Shown here: positions 37,421 through 46,364 of the stretch, piece after piece
Position numbering within the stretch: the stretch's first letter is position 1
How the letters are laid out: the number at the start of each line of letters is the position of its first letter
From: an uncultured delta proteobacterium
Lineage (GTDB): Bacteria; Myxococcota; Myxococcia; Myxococcales; Myxococcaceae
NCBI GenBank assembly: GCA_963713045.1
Contig: CAVQKE010000001.1
Coordinates: 288,001 to 352,000, forward strand
Length of the DNA stretch: 64,000 nt
Reading direction: 5' to 3'
Notes under the pieces: generated by a model
Seen by the model: only the letters and a program-made list of their open reading frames with translations
Databases searched by the model: none
Told to the model about the DNA's origin: nothing
Position numbers and translations under genes: made by a program

Positions 37421-39258
37421 CGCTGCGGACCCGGCTGCTGTTGGCGCAAGGGCCGTTGGCGCTGGCCCTTCTGCTGGTGGGGGCCCTGGCCGTCATCACC
37501 ATGGCGGACCTCGGAAAGAGCGGCGACCGCGTCCTCGCCGACAACTACCGCAGCGTGCTGGCCGCCCAACGGATGAAGGAGGCCATCGAGCGCATCGACA
37601 GCGCCGCTCTCTTCCTTCTCATCGGAGAAGACGCACGCGGCCTCCGCCAAGCGGCGGAAAACCGCCCTCGGTTTGAGTCGGAGCTCCAGGCGGAACTGCA
37701 AAACATCACTGAGCCGGGCGAGCAGGAGGCGGCCGATGCGCTGCGCGGGAATTGGGCCGACTATGAGCGGGCTTTCGACGCCTTTGTGAAATTGCCCACC
37801 ACCGAGCAGCGCCGCGCCCAATACCTGCAGGCGCTCTCCTCGGGCTTCGTGCGCGTCAAAGACAGCGCCGACGCCATCCTCGCCATCAACCAGGACGCGA
37901 TGGTGCAGAAGAGCGAGCAGCTGCGCCACAAGAGCGAGGTTGCCCGCACCATCACCATCATCGCGGTGCTGGCGGCCCTGCTGGCAGGTCTGCTTGCTTC
38001 GGGCTCGCTGGTGAGCCGAGCCCTGCGCCCGGTGGCCGTGCTCGGGCAGGCGGTTCGCCGGCTGGGGCAAGGGGACTTGGACACCCGTGTCCGGGTCAAC
38101 GACAGCGGAGAAATTGGCCAGCTGGCGGACGACTTCAATGCCATGGCCGACAGCCTCCGCAACTACCGGCAGAGCAGCCTCGGCGAGCTGCTGCAGGCCC
38201 AGGCCAGCGCCCAGGCGGCCATCGACAGTTTGCCAGATGCCGTGCTCGTCTTCGGGACAGATGGTGCACTGGTCAACGCCAACCGCATTGCCGAATCCGC
38301 GCTCGGTGTGCGGCTGGACGCCGAAGCACCGCTGGCGCCGATGCCGCCCGAGCTGCGCGCGGTGGTGGAGCGCGTCCGCAGCCACGTCTTAGCGGGGCGA
38401 GGCCCCTACGTCCCAAGGGGGTTCGACGACGCGGTGTTGGTCCCTTCGCCCGAGGGCGGACTGGCGCTGCTGCCGCGGGCTTCGCCGGTGCTGGGCGAGG
38501 AAGGCGGCCTGATTGGCGCGGCGGTGGTGCTGCAGGACGTGACGCGGCTGCGCCGCTTCGACGAACTGAAGAACGACCTCGTGGCAACCGTCGCTCATGA
38601 GTTTCGAACGCCCCTCACCAGTCTGCGGATGGCCATTCATCTGTGCGTCGAGGGGGCGGTGGGCCCAGTGACGGACAAACAGCTCGACTTGCTCACCGCA
38701 GCCCGAGAGGACTGTGAGCGGCTGCAGCGCATTGTCGACGACTTGCTGGACTTGGCGCGGGTTCGCGCTGGACTGCTCGAGCTCAGCCCGGCTCCGCTGG
38801 AAGTCGTCCCCCTCCTCGAGCAGGCCCTGGCAGCCGTCCGCAGCGCCGCCGAGCAGGCTGGGGTGCACCTCGAGGCACGGGCCGAGCCGGGCAGTGAGGC
38901 GCTGGTGGCGGACCGGGAGCGGCTGGCGCTGGCGCTTCAAAACCTCCTGTCCAACGCCATCCGACACACCGCGCGTGGCGGAAGCGTCACCTTGCTGGCC
39001 GCTCGCACCGACGACGGCGTGCGCTTCAGCGTTCAGGACACTGGCCAGGGCATCTCCGCGGAATACTTGCCCCGTGTGTTTGACCGCTTCTTCCGCGTCC
39101 CGGGCCGACCCGGGGGAGGGGCCGGGCTCGGGCTGTCCATCGTCAAGGATGTGGCCGAGGCCCACGGCGGTACCGTCGGGGTCCAGAGCGTACCCGGGGA
39201 GGGCAGCACCTTCTGGCTCGCCATCCCGACGACGGCAGGCGCCGCGGGGACCACCTAG
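37417..39258 (+). CDS. Membrane sensor histidine kinase (2 TM, HAMP, PAS-like, HisKA, HATPase)
   Basis: AHEFRTPLTS H-box, NLLSNA, DTGQG, GAGLGL. ATGA overlap with the kdpD N-terminal gene. Confidence 0.92.
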   Translation: MTLRTRLLLAQGPLALALLLVGALAVITMADLGKSGDRVLADNYRSVLAAQRMKEAIERIDSAALFLLIGEDARGLRQAAENRPRFESELQAELQNITEPGEQEAADALRGNWADYERAFDAFVKLPTTEQRRAQYLQALSSGFVRVKDSADAILAINQDAMVQKSEQLRHKSEVARTITIIAVLAALLAGLLASGSLVSRALRPVAVLGQAVRRLGQGDLDTRVRVNDSGEIGQLADDFNAMADSLRNYRQSSLGELLQAQASAQAAIDSLPDAVLVFGTDGALVNANRIAESALGVRLDAEAPLAPMPPELRAVVERVRSHVLAGRGPYVPRGFDDAVLVPSPEGGLALLPRASPVLGEEGGLIGAAVVLQDVTRLRRFDELKNDLVATVAHEFRTPLTSLRMAIHLCVEGAVGPVTDKQLDLLTAAREDCERLQRIVDDLLDLARVRAGLLELSPAPLEVVPLLEQALAAVRSAAEQAGVHLEARAEPGSEALVADRERLALALQNLLSNAIRHTARGGSVTLLAARTDDGVRFSVQDTGQGISAEYLPRVFDRFFRVPGRPGGGAGLGLSIVKDVAEAHGGTVGVQSVPGEGSTFWLAIPTTAGAAGTT

Positions 39259-39267
39259 CGGGCGGCC

Positions 39268-40626
39268 TTACCCACCCTCGTACTTCTTACGCCGGCGCCA
39301 CAAGGTGCTGGCGTCGATGCCGAGAACGCGGGCCGCTTCCTCCAGCGTCGGCGTGGCCGCGAGCACCCGTAGAGTGTGTTCGCGCTCGATGGCGTCGAGC
39401 GAGTATGGCCCACCGAGGGCCAGGGTGCGACTGGAGGCGGCAGTGATGCGCTCCGGTAGCGCCTCCGGCTCCAGCCGCTGCGCTGGCCAGACGATGAGGG
39501 CCCGTTCGACGGCATTCCGCAGCTCGCGGATGTTGCCCGGCCAGCCGTACCCTTGCAGGACAGCCTCGGTTTCCGGGGCAAAGGCGACACCCGGGCGCTT
39601 GGCGTTCCGCGCCAGGGCCTCGAGGAGCCGCCGGGCCAGCGGAAGAATGTCCTCCGCGCGCTGGCGGAGTGGGGGAAGCGCAATCTCCACCACGTTGAGT
39701 CGGTAGAGGAGGTCCTCGCGAAAGCGGCCGGAGCGCACGTCCGCCTCCAACTCGCGGTTGGTGGCCGCGACCACCCGCACATCGGCGACGCGCGTGCGGC
39801 CCTCACCGAGGCGCTCGAAGCGCTTCTCTTGCAGAAACCGCAACAGCTGGACCTGGACGGTCGGCCCCAGCTCGCCGACTTCGTCGAGAAAGAGAGTGCC
39901 CCCCTCGGCCGCCTCCACCCGCCCGGGCTGGTCGCGCACCGCGCCGGTAAAGGCGCCCCGCACGTGGCCAAACAACTCGCTGGTCAGCAGTTGCTCGGAC
40001 AGGGTGGGGCAATTCACGGTGACAAAGGGACGAGCCGCGCGCGAAGACAAGCCGTGCAGCGCCCGAGCCAGCACGCTTTTCCCGGTCCCGCTCTCGCCCC
40101 GCAGCAGCACCCCTGCCTCCGACGGCGCCGCCCGGCGCAGCAGCCCCAGCACCGCCTGCATCGCCGGTGAGTGCGTCTCCAGCGAGGCCTCGGGCGCCGT
40201 CTCCGCCAGCCGCCCTTCCAACTCCTCCAGCCGTGCGCGCAGCGTGCGTCGCTCCGCCAGCCGCATCACCACCGCCCGAATCTGCGCGGGGGTAAAGGGC
40301 TTCGGCAGATAATCTCGAGCGCCGCGCTGAATGGCCTCCACCGCCGTGTCGAAGGTGGCGTAGGCGGTCACCATCACCACGTCCAGCCCCGCGTCCTCCG
40401 CCAGCAGCTGGGGAAGCAACTCCAGCCCGCTGCCCAGTCCGAGGCGAAGGTCTACGAAGGCCATGTCGAAAGGGCGCTGAGCCAGCGCCGCGAGGGCCGC
40501 CTCGGGCGTCGATGCTTCCACCACTTCGCAACCTGACTGCTCGAGGCAGACGCGAAGCGCCGAGCGGATGTTTCGCTCGTCATCCACCACCAGAATGCGC
40601 AAGCCCTTCATGATTTGTTGCGTCAC
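39268..40626 (-). CDS. sigma54-dependent (NtrC-family) response regulator
   Basis: Receiver ILVVDDE/FVDL, GESGTGKS, GAFTGA, LFLDEV, WPGNIREL, C-terminal Fis-type HTH. Confidence 0.95.
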   Translation of the reverse strand: MTQQIMKGLRILVVDDERNIRSALRVCLEQSGCEVVEASTPEAALAALAQRPFDMAFVDLRLGLGSGLELLPQLLAEDAGLDVVMVTAYATFDTAVEAIQRGARDYLPKPFTPAQIRAVVMRLAERRTLRARLEELEGRLAETAPEASLETHSPAMQAVLGLLRRAAPSEAGVLLRGESGTGKSVLARALHGLSSRAARPFVTVNCPTLSEQLLTSELFGHVRGAFTGAVRDQPGRVEAAEGGTLFLDEVGELGPTVQVQLLRFLQEKRFERLGEGRTRVADVRVVAATNRELEADVRSGRFREDLLYRLNVVEIALPPLRQRAEDILPLARRLLEALARNAKRPGVAFAPETEAVLQGYGWPGNIRELRNAVERALIVWPAQRLEPEALPERITAASSRTLALGGPYSLDAIEREHTLRVLAATPTLEEAARVLGIDASTLWRRRKKYEGG

Positions 40627-40818
40627 GTCCGTGCCCCTCGCGGAGAGGCGTCCCAGCTTGCCCCAGGCTTTGAGTTTTCCGCGGGTTGCGTGGTGCTACA
40701 GGCCCGTGTGTTCGTCACGAAGCTGTCACTTGCGGCTGGCTGAAACGCGGATAGTCACTCGGTGCTCGCTGGCGAATTGCCGGGGGCCTGCGCATCTTCT
40801 TGCGTGGCTCGGGAGCGG

Positions 40819-41403
40819 ATGATGAAAACACGGCGGACGTCGAATCTGGTGGTTCCGGTCGGGCCTGAGGACTACGCCCTCGGAAACCCCCATGCCAAGC
40901 TCACCCTGGTGGAGTATGGGGACTACGCCTGCCCGTACAGCCGGCATGCATTCGGCACCATCGGCGTCATTCTGAGGCGACTGGGAGGCCAGCTGCGCTT
41001 CGTGTTTCGGCACTTCCCGGTGGTGGACCGAGACCCGTTGGCCGGGGAGGCAGCTCAGGCTGCGCTCGCCGCCGGCGCCCAGGGACATTTCTGGGAGGCC
41101 TATCAGCTTCTCTTCTCCAGTGAATTGGAGCGAGTGCTCAGCGACCCGGCCGCCATGGCGGAGGAGCTCCACCTGGACGTCCCACGCTTCACCAAGGAGT
41201 TGCGCGAGGGCGTCTACCAACCCCGCGTTGCAGACGAGGTGGACGGAGGCGTGCGCAGCGGCATCCACGGCACTCCCACCTTCTTCATCAACGGCACCCG
41301 CTTTGCCGGCAGCTGGGAGCTGCACAGCTTGCTGCACGCGCTCCGCGCGCGACTTCGCGCGACGCCCTCCCAACGCGCAGTGCTGGGCGCCGCGACGCTC
41401 TAA
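40819..41403 (+). CDS. DsbA-like thioredoxin-fold protein (CPYS)
   Basis: LVEYGDYACPYS, FRHFP, GTPTFFING. Confidence 0.85.
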   Translation: MMKTRRTSNLVVPVGPEDYALGNPHAKLTLVEYGDYACPYSRHAFGTIGVILRRLGGQLRFVFRHFPVVDRDPLAGEAAQAALAAGAQGHFWEAYQLLFSSELERVLSDPAAMAEELHLDVPRFTKELREGVYQPRVADEVDGGVRSGIHGTPTFFINGTRFAGSWELHSLLHALRARLRATPSQRAVLGAATL

Positions 41404-42393
41404 ATGCGCATTGTCCAGTTCGACCGCTTCGGTGAGCCAGCCGAGGTTCTGCACCTGGTGGAAGCGGAACTTCCTGAGCCGGCCGCCGGCGAAGTCCGCG
41501 TTCGACTGACAGCGCGCGCCATCCACCCCTCGGACCTGCAGAACGTCCGGGGCCGGTACGGCAAGCCACCGCCCCTTCCAGCCACCCCGGGGAACGACGC
41601 GGCGGGGGTGGTGGATGCGGTCGGCCCGGGCGTGGTTGGCCTGTCGCCGGGGACCCGGGTGACGCTCCTGCTGGGGGCCACCGGCGGACGAGGCACCTGG
41701 CGCGAACAGGTGTCGGTGCCGGCCACCCTGGTGGTGCCCAGCCCACCAGGCCTCAGCGATGCGCAGGCTGGAGCGCTGTGGGTGAACTACCTGAGCATCG
41801 TCGCCATGCTGGACGACGTGCTCCGTCTGCAGGCGGGCGACGTCCTCATCCAAACTGCGGCCGGCAGCCAGCTCGGGCGTGCTGTGCTGGAGTTCGCCAA
41901 AGTCCGGGGGCTGGTGGTGGTGAACGTGGTGCGCCGCCAGACGCAGGCCGAGGAGCTTCGGCGCAACGGGGCCGCGCATGTGGTGGTGCTTCCGGGCGAA
42001 GACTTGGCGGCGGCCGTGCGGGAGGTGACGGGCGGAAAGGGTGCCACCGCCGCCATCGATTCCGTCGGCGGGGAGACCGGTGCTGAGGTGCTGGCTGCGC
42101 TTCGCTTGGGGGGGACGTCTCTACTCTTCGGTGCGTTGGACGACCGTCCGGTCCCGGTGAACCCTGGGCCCTTTCTCTTCAGGGAACTGGTGCTGCGAGG
42201 CTTTTGGTTGGTGCGTTGGCTCCAACAGGTGCCTCCGGAGCGGGTGCGTACCGCAGTGGGGGTCATCCTGGCCGGGGCCGAGCGGGGGGACTTCCGGCCG
42301 GCCGTCGACTCGACCTACCCGCTGTCCGACGTCCGGGGGGCGGTGCTGCGGGCCGAGACGCCCGGACGCTCGGGCGCCGTGGTCCTGGTCTAG
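41404..42393 (+). CDS. MDR-family (enoyl-thioester reductase/quinone reductase-like) oxidoreductase
   Basis: FGEPAEVL, IHPSDL, QTAAGSQLG, LRGFWL. Confidence 0.85.
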   Translation: MRIVQFDRFGEPAEVLHLVEAELPEPAAGEVRVRLTARAIHPSDLQNVRGRYGKPPPLPATPGNDAAGVVDAVGPGVVGLSPGTRVTLLLGATGGRGTWREQVSVPATLVVPSPPGLSDAQAGALWVNYLSIVAMLDDVLRLQAGDVLIQTAAGSQLGRAVLEFAKVRGLVVVNVVRRQTQAEELRRNGAAHVVVLPGEDLAAAVREVTGGKGATAAIDSVGGETGAEVLAALRLGGTSLLFGALDDRPVPVNPGPFLFRELVLRGFWLVRWLQQVPPERVRTAVGVILAGAERGDFRPAVDSTYPLSDVRGAVLRAETPGRSGAVVLV

Positions 42394-42411
42394 CCGCTTC
42401 CAGCGTCCCTG

Positions 42412-42939
42412 ATGGCAATTGACGGAGCCCCGGGTAACGGGCAGCGTCTCAGTTTGGTGAGAGTCGCCCGGACCCTGGCGCTGCTGTCCGGAATTGCCTT
42501 GGTCGCCGGCTGTGCCCATGCCGGCGCCGGGACCGAGGCGGACACCGAAGCAGCCCTGGCGGAGGGCGTCCGGGCGGCGGTTCGCCTCTACCTTCCACCG
42601 GAGGAAGCGCTGGCGGCACCCATCTGCGTCGAAGTCGCGTCCGCGTCTGACTTCGAAGTCGGCGTGGTGGCTGCACTGCGCGACAAGGGCATGTTTGCCG
42701 TCGCAATGCCCGACTGCTCCCGAACGGGAAGGGATGCGGTCCTGCTGGTGAGAGTGCTGTCCTACGACTGGGTGGACTGGTTGACGCATGGGAAGTTGGT
42801 GATGCAGGGCACCATCGAAACGCGGCCCGATGAGAGGGCCAACTTCCGCCTCTCCTGGTGGCGGGCCAATTTTCGAGCGAGTCTAGGTTTCCACGACGGG
42901 CAATGGGTCGCCGCGGCGGATGACCTCGGCCGCATTTGA
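42412..42939 (+). CDS. Hypothetical lipoprotein
   Basis: LVAG-C lipobox. Start uncertain. Confidence 0.55.
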   Translation: MAIDGAPGNGQRLSLVRVARTLALLSGIALVAGCAHAGAGTEADTEAALAEGVRAAVRLYLPPEEALAAPICVEVASASDFEVGVVAALRDKGMFAVAMPDCSRTGRDAVLLVRVLSYDWVDWLTHGKLVMQGTIETRPDERANFRLSWWRANFRASLGFHDGQWVAAADDLGRI

Positions 42940-43003
42940 GCGCCAGGGGCCTTCGGCCGAAATCGGTTAGCGTGTCGCGTGGAGAGGCAAGGAGGTTCGA
43001 CCG

Positions 43004-43786
43004 ATGGGCCGCCTGGCAGGGAAAGTCGCACTGATCACCGGCGCCAGCTCTGGTCTGGGCCGTGCCGCCGCGCTCCGCTTCGTCCGCGAAGGGGCCCGTG
43101 TTGTCCTCGGCGACATCGACGAGGTGGGCGGGGCCGAGACGCTGGCCTCTTTCCCCGACGAGCTCCGCGCCAACGGCCTCTTCCAGCGGCTGGACGTCGC
43201 CCGCGAGGAGGACTGCCAGGCGGCGGTGGACACCGCACTGCAGCGCTGGGGCCAACTCGACGTCGCTCTCGCCAACGCCGGCATCGGAGCACCCGGCCCG
43301 TTGGCCGCGCTCTCGCTGGGCGACTGGGAGCGGGTGCTGGCCGTCAACCTCACCGGCGTCTTCCTCAGCACGCGGTGCGCCTTTCGCGCCATGCAGCGGC
43401 GCGGGGGAAGCCTCCTGGTCATGTCGAGCGTCGCCGGCCTGGAGGGAACCCCCAGCCTCGGGGCCTACGGCGCTTCCAAGGCGGCGGTCCTTCAGCTGGT
43501 GAAGACGCTGGCGCTGGAGGGGGCGCGTTTCGGCATCCGAGCCAATGCCATTTGCCCGGTGTGGACCGACACTCCCCTGGTGGAAGCCTTTCTCAAACTC
43601 ATGGGACTGGGCCGCGAGGCGGGCCTGGCGCGCCTTCTCAAGGACATCCCGCTTGGGCGACTGGCGACTGCGGAGGATGTAGCCAACGCCTGTCTGTACC
43701 TGGCCTCGGACGAGGCAGCCTTCGTCACCGGCGTGACGCTGCCAGTCGACGGGGGCCATACGGCGGGGCGAACTTCGGCCGGCTAG
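43004..43786 (+). CDS. SDR-family oxidoreductase
   Basis: TGASSGLG, NAG, YGASK, LPVDGG. Confidence 0.92.
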   Translation: MGRLAGKVALITGASSGLGRAAALRFVREGARVVLGDIDEVGGAETLASFPDELRANGLFQRLDVAREEDCQAAVDTALQRWGQLDVALANAGIGAPGPLAALSLGDWERVLAVNLTGVFLSTRCAFRAMQRRGGSLLVMSSVAGLEGTPSLGAYGASKAAVLQLVKTLALEGARFGIRANAICPVWTDTPLVEAFLKLMGLGREAGLARLLKDIPLGRLATAEDVANACLYLASDEAAFVTGVTLPVDGGHTAGRTSAG

Positions 43787-43816
43787 CCACTCGGCGTGCT
43801 ATCTCCCGTCACCTAC

Positions 43817-45538
43817 ATGCGCCGCTTGGCCCCCCTCCTCGTTCCCCTGGTGGCACTGGCGGGCTGCGCCACCACCCGCGGCATGAGTCCAGAGGAGGCC
43901 CGCTCCGCTTTCTCGAAGTTGGTGGAGGACTTCTTCGCCGAAGAGTTCACCTTCAACCCAGTTGAGGCGACCAACGCCGGCATTCACCAGTACGACGACC
44001 AACTCGAAGCGTGGACGCAGGCCCGCATTGAGGCCCGGGTGGCCGAACTCGAGGACCTGCTGAACCGCGCCACCACGCTCTGGACGGAACGCACCGCCCT
44101 CAGCCCCGACGACTTGGTGGACCTCGAGGCGCTCGACGGACGCATTCGCGCAGAGTTGCTGGATTGGAACCTGCTGCGTTTCACCGCGCGCAACCCGATG
44201 ACCTATGCGTCTCGCCCGGGCAGCGCCATCGACCCGCTGCTGAGGCGTAACTTCGCTCCTCGCAAGGAGCGGCTGAAGTCCATCGTCGCCCGCCTGGAAA
44301 AAGTCCCCGACGTCTACGCCGCCGGCCGGGGCAACGTGACGGACCCGCCCAAGGAATGGACCGAACTCGCCATTGGCCAAGCGCGTGACACCGAGGCTTA
44401 CCTCACCGACACGCTTACCGCCTGGGCCAAGGAGGCGGCAGGCAATGACCCCATTCTCTGGGCGGACTTTCAGCGCGCCAACATCAGCGCCATCGCAGCC
44501 ACTCAGGACCTCCAGTATTGGCTGTCCAAGACGGTGCTTCCCAAAAGCAACGGCAGCTGGGCGATTGGTCCCCGTGCCTACGTCACCCTGCTGAAGCACG
44601 CCGAGTTCATCACCACCTCCCTCGAGGAGCTCTTGGCACAAGGGGAGGCCCAGCTGCAGCACGACCGGCTCCTCTTCATCGAGACGGCCAAGGAGATTGA
44701 CTCGGACCGCACGCCGCAGCAGGTACTGGCCAGCCTTGGCCTCGAGCACCCCACCGCACGCCAGCTCATCCCCTACGCGCAGCAAACACTGGAGCAGGTG
44801 CGGCAGTTCGTGCTGCGCAAGGACCTTGTCAGCTTTCCCTCAGACGCCCGTCCGCTGGTGGAGGAGACGCCGCTCTTTCTGCGGATTGGCAGCGTTGCCT
44901 CGATGGACGTGCCCGGACCCTATGAGACTCGCGCCAGGCAGGCCTTTTATTACCTCACCCCGCCCGAGCTGAGTTGGGACAGCAAGCGCCTGGAAGAGCA
45001 CCTGCGACAATTCAACAGCTCGATGCTTCCCATCATCCACGTGCGCGAGGCCTACCCGGGACACTTCCTCCAATTCCTGTGGGCGCCCAAGCTTCCGACC
45101 AAGGTTCGTAAGCTGCTGGTCACCACCTCCAACGTGGAGGGCTGGGCCCACTACACCGAGGAGCTGGTCATCGAGGAGGGTTTCGCCGACGACAATCCCA
45201 AGTACCGGTTGGCTCAGCTCGAGGAGGCATTGCTCAGCGACTGCCGCTACCTGGTGGGAATCGGCCTTCACACCACCAGCATGACGTTGCAACAGGGCGC
45301 CCAGCGCTTCGTCCAGGACTGCTTTCAAAGCCCGAAAGTGGCGGAGGCCGAGGCGCGCCGGGGAACCTACGAGCCGAGCTATGGGTCGGCCACCGCCGGC
45401 AAGCTGATGATTCTCGACCTCCGCAAGGACTACCAGTCCCAGAAGGGTGGAACCCTCAAGCAGTTCCACGACGCCTTTCTGTCCCAAGGACCGCTGCCGG
45501 TCCCCCTGGTCCGGAAACTCCTGCTGCCGGCGCCCTGA
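43817..45538 (+). CDS. DUF885-family lipoprotein
   Basis: LAG-C lipobox, EAYPGH, EGWAHYTE, FHDAFL..GPLP. Confidence 0.85.
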   Translation: MRRLAPLLVPLVALAGCATTRGMSPEEARSAFSKLVEDFFAEEFTFNPVEATNAGIHQYDDQLEAWTQARIEARVAELEDLLNRATTLWTERTALSPDDLVDLEALDGRIRAELLDWNLLRFTARNPMTYASRPGSAIDPLLRRNFAPRKERLKSIVARLEKVPDVYAAGRGNVTDPPKEWTELAIGQARDTEAYLTDTLTAWAKEAAGNDPILWADFQRANISAIAATQDLQYWLSKTVLPKSNGSWAIGPRAYVTLLKHAEFITTSLEELLAQGEAQLQHDRLLFIETAKEIDSDRTPQQVLASLGLEHPTARQLIPYAQQTLEQVRQFVLRKDLVSFPSDARPLVEETPLFLRIGSVASMDVPGPYETRARQAFYYLTPPELSWDSKRLEEHLRQFNSSMLPIIHVREAYPGHFLQFLWAPKLPTKVRKLLVTTSNVEGWAHYTEELVIEEGFADDNPKYRLAQLEEALLSDCRYLVGIGLHTTSMTLQQGAQRFVQDCFQSPKVAEAEARRGTYEPSYGSATAGKLMILDLRKDYQSQKGGTLKQFHDAFLSQGPLPVPLVRKLLLPAP

Positions 45539-45551
45539 ACGGAGGCACCTC

Positions 45552-45971
45552 ATGCCTGCGCCCGATTCCCCGCATTTCTCGCTGTGGTTGATTCAGGCCT
45601 TCATCTCGCTGTTTCTCTCCATCCTTTTTCTCCAGTCCGGAATGGACAAAGTGATGGACTGGCGCGGCAACCTCGGCTACTTCGCGCCGCACTTCGCCAA
45701 GAGCCCCCTGGCCGGCATCGTCCCGCTGATGCTGCTCGTCTTGACCGTCATCGAGGTCTCGGCTGGCGTCGTCAATGGCGTGGGCCTGTTGGAGTTGGTG
45801 GTGCTCGGCAAGGCGCAAATCGCCTTCTGGGGGACGGCGTTGGCTGCGCTGGCCATCACCTCAATCTTCTTCGGTCAGCGGATGGCCAAGGACTATGCTG
45901 GTGCGGCGATTCTGGTACCCTATTTCCTTCTGACCATCGTTGGCCTGTGGGTCACCAGTCGCCCCCGGTGA
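45552..45971 (+). CDS. DoxX-like membrane protein
   Basis: FLQSGMDKV.DW.GN, FGQRMAKDYAGA. Confidence 0.75.
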   Translation: MPAPDSPHFSLWLIQAFISLFLSILFLQSGMDKVMDWRGNLGYFAPHFAKSPLAGIVPLMLLVLTVIEVSAGVVNGVGLLELVVLGKAQIAFWGTALAALAITSIFFGQRMAKDYAGAAILVPYFLLTIVGLWVTSRPR

Positions 45972-46363
45972 GCCTGCCCTCCGCGCTCACCTTGAAGCTG
46001 CTGCCCGAGACACTCGCGGTGTGCCGCCTCGACGCCGACGCGCCGTTGCCCAAGTGGGCCGTGGGCGCCCTGACGTCGTTGACGCGGACGCCGGATGAGC
46101 TCTCGGTGGTGTGCGCCGAGCGGGCCGTTCCGCAGGGTGTGCGCGCCGAGGGCGGCTTTCGGTGCTTGGCGGTGGTGGGCCCGCTCAGCTTCGCGATGAC
46201 CGGTGTCATCGCCTCGCTCTCCACTCCGCTTGGGGACGCCGGCGTCGGCCTCTTGGTGTTGTCCACCTTCGACACCGACCTGCTTCTTGTCCGTGAAGAC
46301 CACCTCCCTCGGGCGGCGGCCGCCTTGCGCGCGGTGGGCCATTCCCTCGTCGGGTTGTCCTGA
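45968..46363 (+). CDS. ACT-domain protein
   Basis: TRTPDELSVVC, GPLSFAMTG, STFDTD. Confidence 0.85.
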   Translation: MSLPSALTLKLLPETLAVCRLDADAPLPKWAVGALTSLTRTPDELSVVCAERAVPQGVRAEGGFRCLAVVGPLSFAMTGVIASLSTPLGDAGVGLLVLSTFDTDLLLVREDHLPRAAAALRAVGHSLVGLS

Positions 46364-46364
46364 G

